In this document: positions 52,298-64,000 of the stretch, one piece after another | Position numbering within the stretch: the first letter of the stretch is position 1 | Layout: the number at the start of each line of letters is the position of its first letter | Sequence record: MK773491.1 | Reading direction: 5' to 3' (one strand) | DNA length: 64,000 nucleotides | Translations under genes and position numbers: made by a program | The notes under the pieces: generated by a model | Told to the model about the DNA's origin: nothing | The model's input: the letters and a program-made list of their open reading frames with translations, nothing else | Databases searched by the model: none

Positions 52298-52495
52298 ATG
52301 GAACAGAAAGCCTTTTATAATCGTATGTATGAAAACCGTGAAGCATTTGAAAAAGTGATTTACGAGTTGGAACAAATGATTGACCAAGCACCTAATGCTC
52401 GCACACGCACCCAAGCTGAGTTGGCTAAGAACCAACTTATTCAGGTACAAATGATTGCTGATGCATTTCGTGAATATAGTAACAAAAAGGGTTGA
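52298..52495 (+). CDS. Small helical hypothetical protein
   Basis: GGAG RBS before ATG 52298. Confidence 0.55.
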   Translation: MEQKAFYNRMYENREAFEKVIYELEQMIDQAPNARTRTQAELAKNQLIQVQMIADAFREYSNKKG

Positions 52496-52520
52496 CAGCC
52501 CTTTTTAAATGACATATAAT
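52492..52520 (+). promoter_or_regulatory. Consensus sigma70 promoter for infC-clpS
   Basis: Perfect TTGACA-N17-TATAAT. Confidence 0.85.
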
Positions 52521-52554
52521 ATACATAACTTAATACGACTGGAGTCTATAATAC

Positions 52555-53061
52555 ATGAAAGAAATTATTGCCAATAAAGAAATCAAAGCTAAAACTGTTC
52601 GTCTAGTCACTGGCAGTGGTAGTGATGTAGTGGCAATTTCAGAAGCACTTAACCGTGCTGACGCATTGGGTCTTGACCTCATTCAAGTGAATGATGGTGA
52701 TGTGCCTGTGGTTAAAATTGTGGATTTGAACAAACACAAGTTCGAACTCAAACAAGCAGAAAAAGAAGCACAACGTAAGCAGCGTCAGAACGTAACGCAA
52801 GTTAAAGAAGTTCAGTTCTCGTTCAAAACACAAGAGAATGATCTTAAAGTAAAAGCGAAATCTGCTTCCAAATTCCTTTCAGAAGGAAAACATGTTCGTG
52901 TCGTAATGGCAGTTGAAGGGCGTATCGCTGGTAACCAAGCACTACTAGAACAGAATACATCCTTCTTGAAACAATTCGTAAATCGTCTCGGTGATGTAGA
53001 ATTTGTTCAAAATGTTGAAGTACAGGGCAAAAAAGCCACGTGTGTAATCAAGAACAAATAA
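52555..53061 (+). CDS. infC: Translation initiation factor IF3
   Basis: NKEIKAKTVRLV, ALNRADALGLDLIQV, VVKIVD, VKEVQF, DLKVK...FLSEG, two-domain size. Confidence 0.92.
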   Translation: MKEIIANKEIKAKTVRLVTGSGSDVVAISEALNRADALGLDLIQVNDGDVPVVKIVDLNKHKFELKQAEKEAQRKQRQNVTQVKEVQFSFKTQENDLKVKAKSASKFLSEGKHVRVVMAVEGRIAGNQALLEQNTSFLKQFVNRLGDVEFVQNVEVQGKKATCVIKNK

Positions 53062-53073
53062 CGAGGTATTAAT

Positions 53074-53625
53074 ATGAAACAACTTGAAGTACAGGAAGTA
53101 TTCTCCCTAGATTCATATAGTGTTATCAAAGCATCTTATGGGGAATCTAATTATTACATCGCTGGTAAACATGACATTACTGACTACGTTAATGCAGTAG
53201 CACGTGGTTCACAAGAGCGTAATGTCAATAAGAATGTACTTGAAGAAGGTTTACGTTTATTCTTCAGGCATAATCCCGAAAAAGATGTACTTAATGTACC
53301 CACATTCGACCTAGTACTCTATGATGACCCAAACACTTCTGCTGAATATGTTATGGAAATGTGCATGGATCTATTTCATTACAATGAGGAACAGGCAGAA
53401 GCAGTTGTTAAAGCTCTAAACGGTAAAGAACATTGCTATGCAGTTGGTTCTTTCACTGAAGAAATGTGTATTACTTATGCATCAATGTTCATGAATGGAA
53501 ATCAGCAGCTAAATCAAAATCTTGGGGTTGACTATATCCCCAATCCAATTAAGCCTCAAAGCTATGAAGCAGCGATGGCAACGTTAGAAAACTTAATCCG
53601 TCGCGATTACCCTAACGATATCTAA
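53074..53625 (+). CDS. clpS: Divergent ClpS-like protease adaptor
   Basis: LVLYDDPNTSAEYVME...F.Y..EQA...VGSFTEE aligns with ClpS VILVNDDYTPMEFVID...GVFTAE. Confidence 0.7.
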   Translation: MKQLEVQEVFSLDSYSVIKASYGESNYYIAGKHDITDYVNAVARGSQERNVNKNVLEEGLRLFFRHNPEKDVLNVPTFDLVLYDDPNTSAEYVMEMCMDLFHYNEEQAEAVVKALNGKEHCYAVGSFTEEMCITYASMFMNGNQQLNQNLGVDYIPNPIKPQSYEAAMATLENLIRRDYPNDI

Positions 53626-53631
53626 TCAAAT

Positions 53632-55787
<2,156 letters not shown>

Positions 55788-58424
55788 ATGCCTAGTAAAT
55801 CAAAAGCACAAGCAAGATTCTTCGCGGCAGCAGCACACAACCCTGACTTTGCTAAAAAGGCAGGGATTTCATCTAGTGCAGCCAAAGAATGGAATCAGGC
55901 AGATAAAAAAGCAGGAACTCTCAAGAAAGGTTCCAAAAAACCAGAACGTGTTAAAGAAGAAATCCTCGACGAAGAAATTCTAGATGAAGCGAGTGGTGTT
56001 GGTAATTTTCCAGTACCACCATCTTCAATGAAGTTAATTAGAAAATATGCTTCATCTATTCTTTTAACATATGCATATAAATCCTACCAGAAATATGCTA
56101 ACAGTACTGATGATGATGAATTGGATAAGCTAGCAGCTAAGAAGATTTTACCATTCTTACAGCGTTTCCAGAAGAAATTCGATGCTTCAGTACTAAATGA
56201 TGCAAGTATGAAGCGTTATGTTAACCAAAGTATTAGTGTACCATTAGATCACGAAGCTGTGTTTAATGAGTTGCCTAAATCTTTGCAAACAGAAAAAGTT
56301 CATGCTATTATTAATAAAATGCGTCTATTCATTACATTCGATGCACGATATGGCAGTAGGGCTGGTGGTCATGCTAGACAGATCAATGCAAACACAACAG
56401 AAATTGTATTGGCACTACATCCAAGTTATTATGAATTTAGCGTTGCTGGCGGTACTGATAGTCTAGAAAATACTATGCACCAACTACAATATTTCATGAG
56501 TGGTATTGACCATGAAGTACAACATGCTTTTCAACAGATTGTGACTGCTCAAGTAAGTTCTGAAAATGATAAGAATAGAGAACAGAAACAAGGTTATGGT
56601 AGTATGGACGATGCATATTTTGCAAGTGGTGTTGAATTTGGCCCACAAACACAAGATATGATTAACATTGCCAATCACTGGCTTGAAATTCAAAATGATG
56701 AAGGGAAACTATCCGGTAAGCCAAATGTGGACATTTCAAACGCGATTAAGTACGTTATGAATCGCATGAAAACAACACAGGGTCGTATCTATAAAGCATT
56801 AATGAATTATAAAGAAGATGGTAGAGCCAAAAAACACTTAGCATTAATTTATAAAGGTATTGCTAAAGAGTACGAAAATATTTTAAATCAAGAAGAACAC
56901 GGTGATTTAGATTTAGAACCAAAAGAAGTTGATGGTGGTGATGCAGAAAATCGCGTATACCATTCAAATACAAATGGCCCAGATGATGAAGCTGATCCAA
57001 ATAATCCGATGGTTAAGATTTATCGCAAGTTAGAACGCTACGGCATGTTGCCATATAGTATAGAAGAGAAACGTGAACATGGTAAAAGAGTTGATATAAC
57101 TCAAAACCCATATAACGACCCATCTAATATGGTTTATGCAACAACTGATGGTGGCATTGTGCGTTTCTGGCATCGCAATAACGTAATTGAAATTCAAGCG
57201 TGGTCTGATGGTAAAAACCCTTCAGATGGAAATATGGTTTCAGTTAATATTCCTGAAGATAAAGTATCTATTGTCATTGATAATTCAAATATGTTTGATA
57301 ATTTTAAATCCATTGAGAACTTCACAAAAACTGCGGAACAAGATATGAATGCAGTTACTATGTCTATCGATGAAATAGCAGATCAATTCCAATCATGGTA
57401 CGATAATGCGGCTTTCTGGTATGATGATACTGAAGGTAAAGGTTTAAACTTTGAATTAGATGAAGGAACGGTGTTCTTTAATTTAAAAGGAACACGTTAT
57501 TCAATGTATATTCAAGAAGCATTAAAAGATGCAGCAGTACTTTACAATACTACAACAGAAGAAGAAATTGGATACATTAAGTACTCAGATCTTGAAGAGG
57601 TAATGACTTCTATTTTCTCTTTATATTTCCAAGGAACAGAACGCCAATTCAACAGGCTAATTAAAAATCTAGGAACAAGCTCAGGATATATTGATATGAA
57701 ATCTTTAGATGAAACATGGAAATATGTTGTTGATAGTTCCAAGAAACCAGTAGAAGAATCTTCTATGCGTGGTTTCATGGATTTAGTACAAGATGCGGAA
57801 ATTGCAGATAGTATTGATCAAGCTGATAAAATGACACTTTCAAATCTAGAGCGTCGTAAAGCTAAAAAAAGTAATGATAATATCAATCAATTAGGAGAAG
57901 AAGAACAATTAGATGAAATGCCACAGCGTTTTGATTCATTCCAAGGTCAAAATCCTGATGAATTTGTTGATAAAACTGCTGAACTAACTGGTAAGAGTAA
58001 TTTAGTTCCTTTTTCCGAGCATCCAAACTTTACTGTAATGCGTAATAAGAACTATACTGGTTTTATTGCATTTGATAAAGAAGGTAAACAAATTGCTGTA
58101 GTTAGTGGTCATCTATCACAAGATGCAGTACTAGGTGTTAAGAATGTATTTGAAGTAGCTGCGACCGCATCTAAGACTTCAGTCAAAGGTGTTATGTATC
58201 AAATCTTCATGGATATGATTAACGCTGGTATTTCAGTACTAAGCGACACTTTACATTCTGATAGTGCTATTAAATTCTGGACTCGCTTAATCAGTTCACA
58301 TAATGTATATGTTGTGGGTGATGGTGAAGTTCTAGCAAAAGCAACACCAGAAAAAGTACACAAGTACTGGAGTGATGATGAGAACAGCCCAAGTGCTGAA
58401 CTTCAACTTCTCTTAACGAAGTGA
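55788..58424 (+). CDS. Multidomain protein: basic leader, zincin HExxH domain, C-terminal GNAT-like domain
   Basis: MPSKSKAQARFFAAAAHNPDFAKK leader; DHEVQH at 56511-56525 plus YFASGVEF; C-terminal VLSDTLHSDSAIKFWTRL. Confidence 0.65.
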   Translation: MPSKSKAQARFFAAAAHNPDFAKKAGISSSAAKEWNQADKKAGTLKKGSKKPERVKEEILDEEILDEASGVGNFPVPPSSMKLIRKYASSILLTYAYKSYQKYANSTDDDELDKLAAKKILPFLQRFQKKFDASVLNDASMKRYVNQSISVPLDHEAVFNELPKSLQTEKVHAIINKMRLFITFDARYGSRAGGHARQINANTTEIVLALHPSYYEFSVAGGTDSLENTMHQLQYFMSGIDHEVQHAFQQIVTAQVSSENDKNREQKQGYGSMDDAYFASGVEFGPQTQDMINIANHWLEIQNDEGKLSGKPNVDISNAIKYVMNRMKTTQGRIYKALMNYKEDGRAKKHLALIYKGIAKEYENILNQEEHGDLDLEPKEVDGGDAENRVYHSNTNGPDDEADPNNPMVKIYRKLERYGMLPYSIEEKREHGKRVDITQNPYNDPSNMVYATTDGGIVRFWHRNNVIEIQAWSDGKNPSDGNMVSVNIPEDKVSIVIDNSNMFDNFKSIENFTKTAEQDMNAVTMSIDEIADQFQSWYDNAAFWYDDTEGKGLNFELDEGTVFFNLKGTRYSMYIQEALKDAAVLYNTTTEEEIGYIKYSDLEEVMTSIFSLYFQGTERQFNRLIKNLGTSSGYIDMKSLDETWKYVVDSSKKPVEESSMRGFMDLVQDAEIADSIDQADKMTLSNLERRKAKKSNDNINQLGEEEQLDEMPQRFDSFQGQNPDEFVDKTAELTGKSNLVPFSEHPNFTVMRNKNYTGFIAFDKEGKQIAVVSGHLSQDAVLGVKNVFEVAATASKTSVKGVMYQIFMDMINAGISVLSDTLHSDSAIKFWTRLISSHNVYVVGDGEVLAKATPEKVHKYWSDDENSPSAELQLLLTK

Positions 58425-58444
58425 AAATCTGAAAGATAAATAAA

Positions 58445-58480
58445 ATCGGAAGCATCCTGTGATGTTTCCGATATTTTTTT
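58445..58480 (+). terminator. Intrinsic terminator
   Basis: ATCGGAAGCATC-CTGT-GATGTTTCCGAT plus T7. Confidence 0.8.
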
Positions 58481-58509
58481 GAGACAAAGAAGCAAAAATG
58501 TGATATAAT
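58479..58509 (+). promoter_or_regulatory. GGGACA-class promoter (topoisomerase)
   Basis: TTGAGACA-N17-TATAAT, TGTGA. Confidence 0.8.
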
Positions 58510-58546
58510 ATTAGAGCTAAGAAACAAAGAGACAAGGACAGCAAAA

Positions 58547-60520
58547 ATGGCAAAAGAAAAGAAATCCTCATCCGTGCTTTCTGAACATGACGTTCAGCGA
58601 CTTAACGATTATCAACATGCTCGCATTCGTACTGAAATGTACTTAGGTTCACGTTCTGTTCACGAACACCAAGTGGTACTTTTCAGCGAAGAAGGCTATA
58701 ACGTCCAGAACCTAGAATGGGTTCCAGCACTTGTTACAGCATTTCGTGAGATTATTGATAACTCTTTAGATGAGTTCAAAAAGGCTGGTACAAAAGATCC
58801 AGTACTTAAAATTCAATACAATGAAGAAGACCTATCATTTGAAATCAGTGATAATGGTCGTGGAATTCCAATTGACTATGTACCAGAGTTTGATGTACAT
58901 CTATGTACAATGGTACTAACCGAGACTAAAACAGGTCGTAACTTCGATGACTCAAAACGTGAAGGTACTATCGGTCAAAACGGTCTAGGGGGTTCAATTA
59001 CGATGTGTGTGAGTTCTAAAGCAGAAATCGAAATCCATCGTAAAGGTCGCCCATACAAAACTGTTTCATCCAATGACGGTTATGATGGCGTATATAAGTT
59101 CAACCAGAAGTTCAAAGAAGGTACTCTACTATTCCCTGAACTAGATATTCAAGAACCTACTATTCGCAAAGTACAAGCAGATAAAACAGGTACTTCTATT
59201 AGCTTTACGCTAAGTCCTGAAGTATTCAAGAATCGTAAACTTCCTATGGAACTTGTTTACAGTATTCTAAAAGAAATTGCTTCTGCTAACCCATCATATA
59301 AAATCATTCTTAATGGTAAGAAGATTGCCACTAAGACTAGCCCAGAGAAAACACTCTTCGGTGTAAACAAAATGATGAATCTACATGTCGTAGATGAAAG
59401 CATTGGCTTTGACAGTACTTTCTACATTGTTCCAAATGCTGTTACTGGTATGAATACAAACTTCCATATGCAAGGTATTGTAAACAATGCTCCAGCATTT
59501 GATGGTGGTACTCACCTCGAAACGTTCAAGAAACATTTTGCACTAGGTGTAAGTACTGCACTAGAAAAAGAATCTAAAAAGCGTAAGATGAATCCTAACC
59601 GGGCAGATATCGAAGAAGGTTTGATGATTTATAATGTGACAACAATGAATGCTCCTTCATTCAACTCACAAATTAAATCCAAACTAACGAACGAAAACGT
59701 AGTACGTCCAGTACAGAAAGCGATGACACCAGAGTTCTTTGAAGAACTAGTTAAGAAGAATCGTGATTGGGTGGAAGAGATTTTCGAACGTACCGCTGCT
59801 CGTACAAACAAAAAAGACGCAGAAGAAGATCGTCGTTTAGCCAAGAAACTACTAAAGGCTAAAGTTGCAAAACTTCTCGATGCTACTGGTACTGATCGCA
59901 GTTCCTGTATCCTTCTAATTGCAGAAGGTGATTCCGCAGTAAGTAACATGTCTGCTGCTCGTGATTCAAAAGTACATGGCATTCTACCGTTACGTGGTAA
60001 AATTAAAAACGTAAACGGTACTGAGAAAACTAAAGACCTAATGGACAGTGATGCACTAAAAGATATTATGGCTTCACTAAACCTTGTACCCGGACAGAAA
60101 GCAATACGTTCAGAATTGAACTACGGTAAACTTTATATCTGTGCCGACGAAGATGAGGATGGTAAAAACATTGGTGCATTAGTTTGTAACTTCCTATTTA
60201 AATTCTGGCCTGAACTATTCGAAGATCCAGAAAATCCATTTGTTTATATCTTTAAAACTCCATTTATTATTTTGGAGAAAGGTAAAGAAAGTCGTTATTA
60301 CTACGGTCACAACGTAGATGAATACGTACCAGAAGAATGGAAAGGATGGAAAGCAACACGTGCTAAAGGTTTGGGTACTCTAGAAAAGAGTAACTTCCGT
60401 GATGCTTTAACTAACGGCGTAGCAATCGCGATTATTGACGATGGCAATCTAGGTACAACCCTAGACCTAATCTTTAACAAAGAACGTGCTGATGACCGTA
60501 AAGAATGGATGAAAGACTAA
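58547..60520 (+). CDS. Type IIA topoisomerase ATPase/TOPRIM subunit (gp39+60, GyrB-like)
   Basis: EIIDNS, DNGRGIP, GQNGLG, AEGDSA, PLRGK, DEDEDG, KGLG. Confidence 0.95.
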   Translation: MAKEKKSSSVLSEHDVQRLNDYQHARIRTEMYLGSRSVHEHQVVLFSEEGYNVQNLEWVPALVTAFREIIDNSLDEFKKAGTKDPVLKIQYNEEDLSFEISDNGRGIPIDYVPEFDVHLCTMVLTETKTGRNFDDSKREGTIGQNGLGGSITMCVSSKAEIEIHRKGRPYKTVSSNDGYDGVYKFNQKFKEGTLLFPELDIQEPTIRKVQADKTGTSISFTLSPEVFKNRKLPMELVYSILKEIASANPSYKIILNGKKIATKTSPEKTLFGVNKMMNLHVVDESIGFDSTFYIVPNAVTGMNTNFHMQGIVNNAPAFDGGTHLETFKKHFALGVSTALEKESKKRKMNPNRADIEEGLMIYNVTTMNAPSFNSQIKSKLTNENVVRPVQKAMTPEFFEELVKKNRDWVEEIFERTAARTNKKDAEEDRRLAKKLLKAKVAKLLDATGTDRSSCILLIAEGDSAVSNMSAARDSKVHGILPLRGKIKNVNGTEKTKDLMDSDALKDIMASLNLVPGQKAIRSELNYGKLYICADEDEDGKNIGALVCNFLFKFWPELFEDPENPFVYIFKTPFIILEKGKESRYYYGHNVDEYVPEEWKGWKATRAKGLGTLEKSNFRDALTNGVAIAIIDDGNLGTTLDLIFNKERADDRKEWMKD

Positions 60521-60572
60521 GATAAGAAAAGGGGTACTTGGATGTACCCCGAAATAACAAAGAGGCAAAGGA

Positions 60573-61991
60573 ATGGCTAAATCTACAAAGAAACAATCGT
60601 CTAATGCAATTGAAAATGCAACACTAACACTACTAAAATATAATAGTTCTGACTACATCAACCAATCGTCATTGGAATATGCTGTCAGTACTCTTGATCG
60701 GGGTATTCCCGGAATTGATGGTTTGAAAAGCTCTCAACGTAAAGCGATTTTTACGCTCAGTAAAATCTCAGGTGAGATTAAAACCGTATCAGCAGCAGGT
60801 CGCATGATTAGTGACGGTATCTACCTTCACGGTGATGCATCAGCATCCGGTACGCTACAAAACCTCGCAAGTCCTGTAGCAAACAACTATCCACTAATCG
60901 GCAAACGTGGTGGTTTCGGTACACAAGTCAATACCACTCCAGCTAGTGCTCGTTACACTTACGTTAAACGTACAGCAGTAACTGAAGCGTTAGTTTTACG
61001 TGATATGGATATTGTACCAATGCAGGAAAACTACGATGGTACAACAATGGAACCAACTCACTTCCTACCAATTATACCATTATCTTTATTCGGAAACGAT
61101 AGTATGTCGGTTGGTTATAAGAGTTTGATTCTACCTTACAAGATTGAAGAAATTATTGATAATTGCATTCGTGTTATCAATAAGAAAGAACTAAAAGAAA
61201 TGACTCCATGCTTTACCTACCTAGGTGCAAGCGACATAGTTGGAAAACTCGATGAGAATAAGTATGAGTTTTATGGACGTGCAGAAGTAATTGATGCAAG
61301 TACTGTAAAAATTCTAGGTCTACCACCTCGTGTAAAAATCGAAGCATTCATTGAAAAACTCATCGCAATGCAAGACAGTGGTGAGATTCGTGACTACGAT
61401 AATGACAGTACTGATACTATCGACATTACAATTAAACTACCACGTGGTACATGTTCCAAGTGGGCGGAAAAGGATGTTATAAAGTACTTTGGACTTTCTA
61501 GTAAGCTAACACAATCTCTAGTTGTGTTAGGAGAAAACGGTTTAGTTAAAGTGTATAGTAGTACATCTGACTTAATTCGTGATTTCGTAAATTTCCGTTT
61601 CAAATATTACGTGAAGCGTTATGAGAATCTATTAGCGAAAGCAGAAGCAGAAGTACGTTATAAAGCACTAGTAGCTAAATGCTTTGAGAACGAAATGGTT
61701 ACGAAGATTAAAGATTTTCAAAACCGCCAAGAACTAGTTGAGTTTGTTACATCATTAAATGATGACATTGGTGCAACCGATGAGAATATTCAAAACATCG
61801 TAAACTACGCATCATATCGTTGGACACAAGAGAACTATGATAAGACACTAGAAGAAATTCAAGCAGCTTTAGCCTTGATGAGTCAATATCAAGAACTACT
61901 TGATGACAAAGAACAAATTTGGCAAATTTATGCATCCGAACTTCGTGAACTACGTAAGATGGATTGCACACCAAAAGCTGAAAAAGACTAA
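60573..61991 (+). CDS. Type IIA topoisomerase cleavage subunit (gp52, GyrA-like)
   Basis: DGLKSSQRK, YLHGD, catalytic ASARYT, EP..FLPIIP. Confidence 0.95.
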   Translation: MAKSTKKQSSNAIENATLTLLKYNSSDYINQSSLEYAVSTLDRGIPGIDGLKSSQRKAIFTLSKISGEIKTVSAAGRMISDGIYLHGDASASGTLQNLASPVANNYPLIGKRGGFGTQVNTTPASARYTYVKRTAVTEALVLRDMDIVPMQENYDGTTMEPTHFLPIIPLSLFGNDSMSVGYKSLILPYKIEEIIDNCIRVINKKELKEMTPCFTYLGASDIVGKLDENKYEFYGRAEVIDASTVKILGLPPRVKIEAFIEKLIAMQDSGEIRDYDNDSTDTIDITIKLPRGTCSKWAEKDVIKYFGLSSKLTQSLVVLGENGLVKVYSSTSDLIRDFVNFRFKYYVKRYENLLAKAEAEVRYKALVAKCFENEMVTKIKDFQNRQELVEFVTSLNDDIGATDENIQNIVNYASYRWTQENYDKTLEEIQAALALMSQYQELLDDKEQIWQIYASELRELRKMDCTPKAEKD

Positions 61992-61996
61992 TTATT

Positions 61997-62019
61997 AAAG
62001 GATGCCTAGTGCATCCTTT
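61997..62019 (+). terminator. Intrinsic terminator after the topoisomerase genes
   Basis: AAAGGATGC-CTAGT-GCATCCTTT. Confidence 0.75.
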
Positions 62020-62024
62020 ACTAT

Positions 62025-62032
62025 TATAAATA
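62025..62032 (+). promoter_or_regulatory. T4-type late promoter
   Basis: TATAAATA after a terminator, before the baseplate gene. Confidence 0.7.
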
Positions 62033-62064
62033 CGTTAGCTTTTAAATATTTTGGAGAATTAAAT

Positions 62065-64000
62065 ATGGCAAATTTTCAGCCTCGCTGGGACTTGAAAGCT
62101 GATACAACTGTGATTTCGGAAGGTGAGCAAACTTATGTTCGCATTCAATTAAGAAAAAATGATGACGGTACTAGCCTTGAGTATAAATTAAAAGATGAAC
62201 AGTACTTAGAATTAACTTATACTATTTCTGGAAGCGGAGAAACATTAGACGAACGTGATTTTGAACTTTATGTTGGTGAAGATATAAGTAAGCTAGTTAA
62301 TATTAAAGATGGTACAACGGGCATTAGAACAATCTTTGGTCAGCATGTAGTTAAATTGTCTAAAAAACAATTCAATCTTGCTAGTAATACTCAAATAATT
62401 GATGTATACTATATGAAGTTAGTTTGTGTTGATGACGGTATTTGGGATGGCCCTGAAAAACTTCAATTCACATTAAACACAATGGATGAGGTAACATTAA
62501 CAGATGACCAAATTTCAAACCAAGAATCAGCAGGTACTATTGGTAATAATCGAGTTGAAATAAATTATAATGACAGTAATGAAATATGGGTTACACCAAG
62601 TGTGATTGCACGTGGAGAAAAGTACACGATTGGTGCGTTAGGATATGGTTCAGATAGTCGTTTATTCGTTGATTCATTTGGACGTACTCGTATTTTTGAT
62701 GATGAAATTGATATCAATGAATATCCTAATGATAGTTCGAATCGAGTATTTTATCCTACATATAAAATTGAAAGAATTTCAATGAATAGTATACCTACTG
62801 AACATATAACAGGTAGCGGTACTATTTTAGTTCCACAAACTTCAGATTTAATTGAAGAAACTGACATTGTTATTATGGATACATTGGGTAATTTTGTTAG
62901 TACTGGATTGAAGTTTAATGCAAATGGTCAAATATTACAAACGATGATATATGAATCAGACCCAATTGATGCTTATTTCAGGGCGACGATTGTACCATTA
63001 ACTTCCTACTATAAATCACCATCTGATGCATTTTATGTTGGTAAAAGATTCAAAGCATATCAAATGTGGGTTTGTCCAGATGATCACACATACATTAAGG
63101 GTAACGTACAACCGGGACATTTGTACCAATTAAAAGATAACGTTATCTATCCGTATGTTATTAAATCAGAATATATCAATGGTGTAGAATATGCATTATT
63201 TGAAGAAGAAATGTGGAATGATTTAGGTGTATATTCGGTTAAACTTGGTGGTGATATTATTAATCAAACACGCCTATTCCGTATATTAGTAAATGCTAGT
63301 ACAGGTGGTGGTATCGATTTTGAAACTGATGCCAACTTAGGTAGAATTCACGTTGGTGAGTACTTTGGTCATACAGTTTATCCTGTCATCAAAGCAAGTG
63401 GTACTTTTGTTACTTACCGAGTAGACTATGATTCATCGCCTGATGACATTAGAAAGTACGGTATTGATTTAACGGCTGATGGATTTATGGTCGGTACTGC
63501 ATATGCTAGAAGTAAGGATTTCTCAGCTAACGATGATATTAAACTTGAATTTGATGTTATAGCAAACGAAAAGAGTGGTGCAACTGTTACTAAACGATTC
63601 AACATTACAATTATTCGTGGTTTTGGACAGAACTTCCTAACTGCACACATTGCACCAAGTAAGACTTTCGAACGTGCATGGTTTTCTAGCATTGCAACAT
63701 CAAACTATTATTTAAACAAAACTTACTACCGGGAAAGTGATGATAGATATGGTATACAAAAGATCCCACGTCTGCTATTGAAAGAAAACTTTGTCTCCCA
63801 GAACTTTAATTTTGTTTCCATTAAAGAAACTAAAAAGTTGTTATCAAAGACTATTGTTGACCCAGATTTTGGTGCTCCAGTACCGAATGGTGTCTTCTCA
63901 TTAGTAATGGGTAATTATAAGATAACATCTGCACTTGACAATCTCGGAAATGTGGTGTATGATTTACTCTACCGTGAACTTCATCCATCAGGTACACGTG
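62065..64000 (+). CDS. Large structural protein, probable baseplate wedge subunit with Calx-beta-like N-terminus; 3'-partial, not in ORF track
   Basis: TATAAATA 62025, GGAG RBS, ATG 62065; frame read in part and appears open to the window end; DDGIWDGPE and IDFETDANLGRIHVGE motifs. Confidence 0.7.
   Translation, partial: MANFQPRWDLKADTTVISEGEQTYVRIQLRKNDDGTSLEYKLKDEQYLELTYTISGSGETLDERDFELYVGEDISKLVNIKDGTTGIRTIFGQHVVKLSKKQFNLASNTQIIDVYYMKLVCVDDGIWDGPEKLQFTLNTMDEVTLTDDQISNQESAGTIGNNRVEINYNDSNEIWVTPSVIARGEKYTIGALGYGSDSRLFVDSFGRTRIFDDEIDINEYPNDSSNRVFYPTYKIERISMNSIPTEHITGSGTILVPQTSDLIEETDIVIMDTLGNFVSTGLKFNANGQILQTMIYESDPIDAYFRATIVPLTSYYKSPSDAFYVGKRFKAYQMWVCPDDHTYIKGNVQPGHLYQLKDNVIYPYVIKSEYINGVEYALFEEEMWNDLGVYSVKLGGDIINQTRLFRILVNASTGGGIDFETDANLGRIHVGEYFGHTVYPVIKASGTFVTYRVDYDSSPDDIRKYGIDLTADGFMVGTAYARSKDFSANDDIKLEFDVIANEKSGATVTKRFNITIIRGFGQNFLTAHIAPSKTFERAWFSSIATSNYYLNKTYYRESDDRYGIQKIPRLLLKENFVSQNFNFVSIKETKKLLSKTIVDPDFGAPVPNGVFSLVMGNYKITSALDNLGNVVYDLLYRELHPSGTR

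Noticed and set aside
60531-60550. Terminator between the topoisomerase subunits
   Set aside because: GGGGTAC/GTACCCC stem has no U-tract on the + strand; more likely a stabilising or processing hairpin or antisense terminator.

Overview
AT-rich, gene-dense 64-kb segment of a lytic jumbo myovirus of the wider T4 superfamily. The gene order resembles RaK2/GAP32/CBB-type enterobacterial jumbo phages, but this is not verified by any search. Head module: portal (5'-partial), acidic core protein, gp21 protease, gp22 scaffold, gp23 capsid. Other virion genes: TerL, a tail fibre plus chaperone and a 3'-partial baseplate protein. Replication/recombination set: family-B polymerase, probable clamp, gp32, UvsX/Y/W, primase, helicase, Dda, two RNase H types, type II topoisomerase and a stand-alone DnaE-like mini-polymerase. 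Nucleotide metabolism: nrdAB, DHFR, MazG-like NTPase. Host-takeover genes: IF3, ClpS, GroES, YggL, KTSC. Two promoter classes are visible: 11 copies of an unusual TT-G(G/A)GA(C/T)(A/G)-N17-TATAAT element with a TGTG extension in front of replication genes, and T4-type (T)ATAAATA late promoters. No tRNA, rRNA, CRISPR array, integrase or intein was seen. The most striking observation is ORF 14235..14807, directly after the DNA polymerase, which carries a circularly permuted copy of the phage's own portal clip region (19/20 aa identical, nucleotide changes almost all synonymous); it is a candidate portal mimic or decoy. Also notable: a 54-aa unannotated ORF copying the predicted mature N-terminus of the capsid protein, tandem HExxH metalloprotease paralogues (one an apparent polyprotein with a GNAT-like module), tandem T4 T-holin-like paralogues, a homing endonuclease split by an A7 tract, and late promoters placed inside RBS-sequestering hairpins. 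All family assignments come from motif recognition by eye, not database searches.
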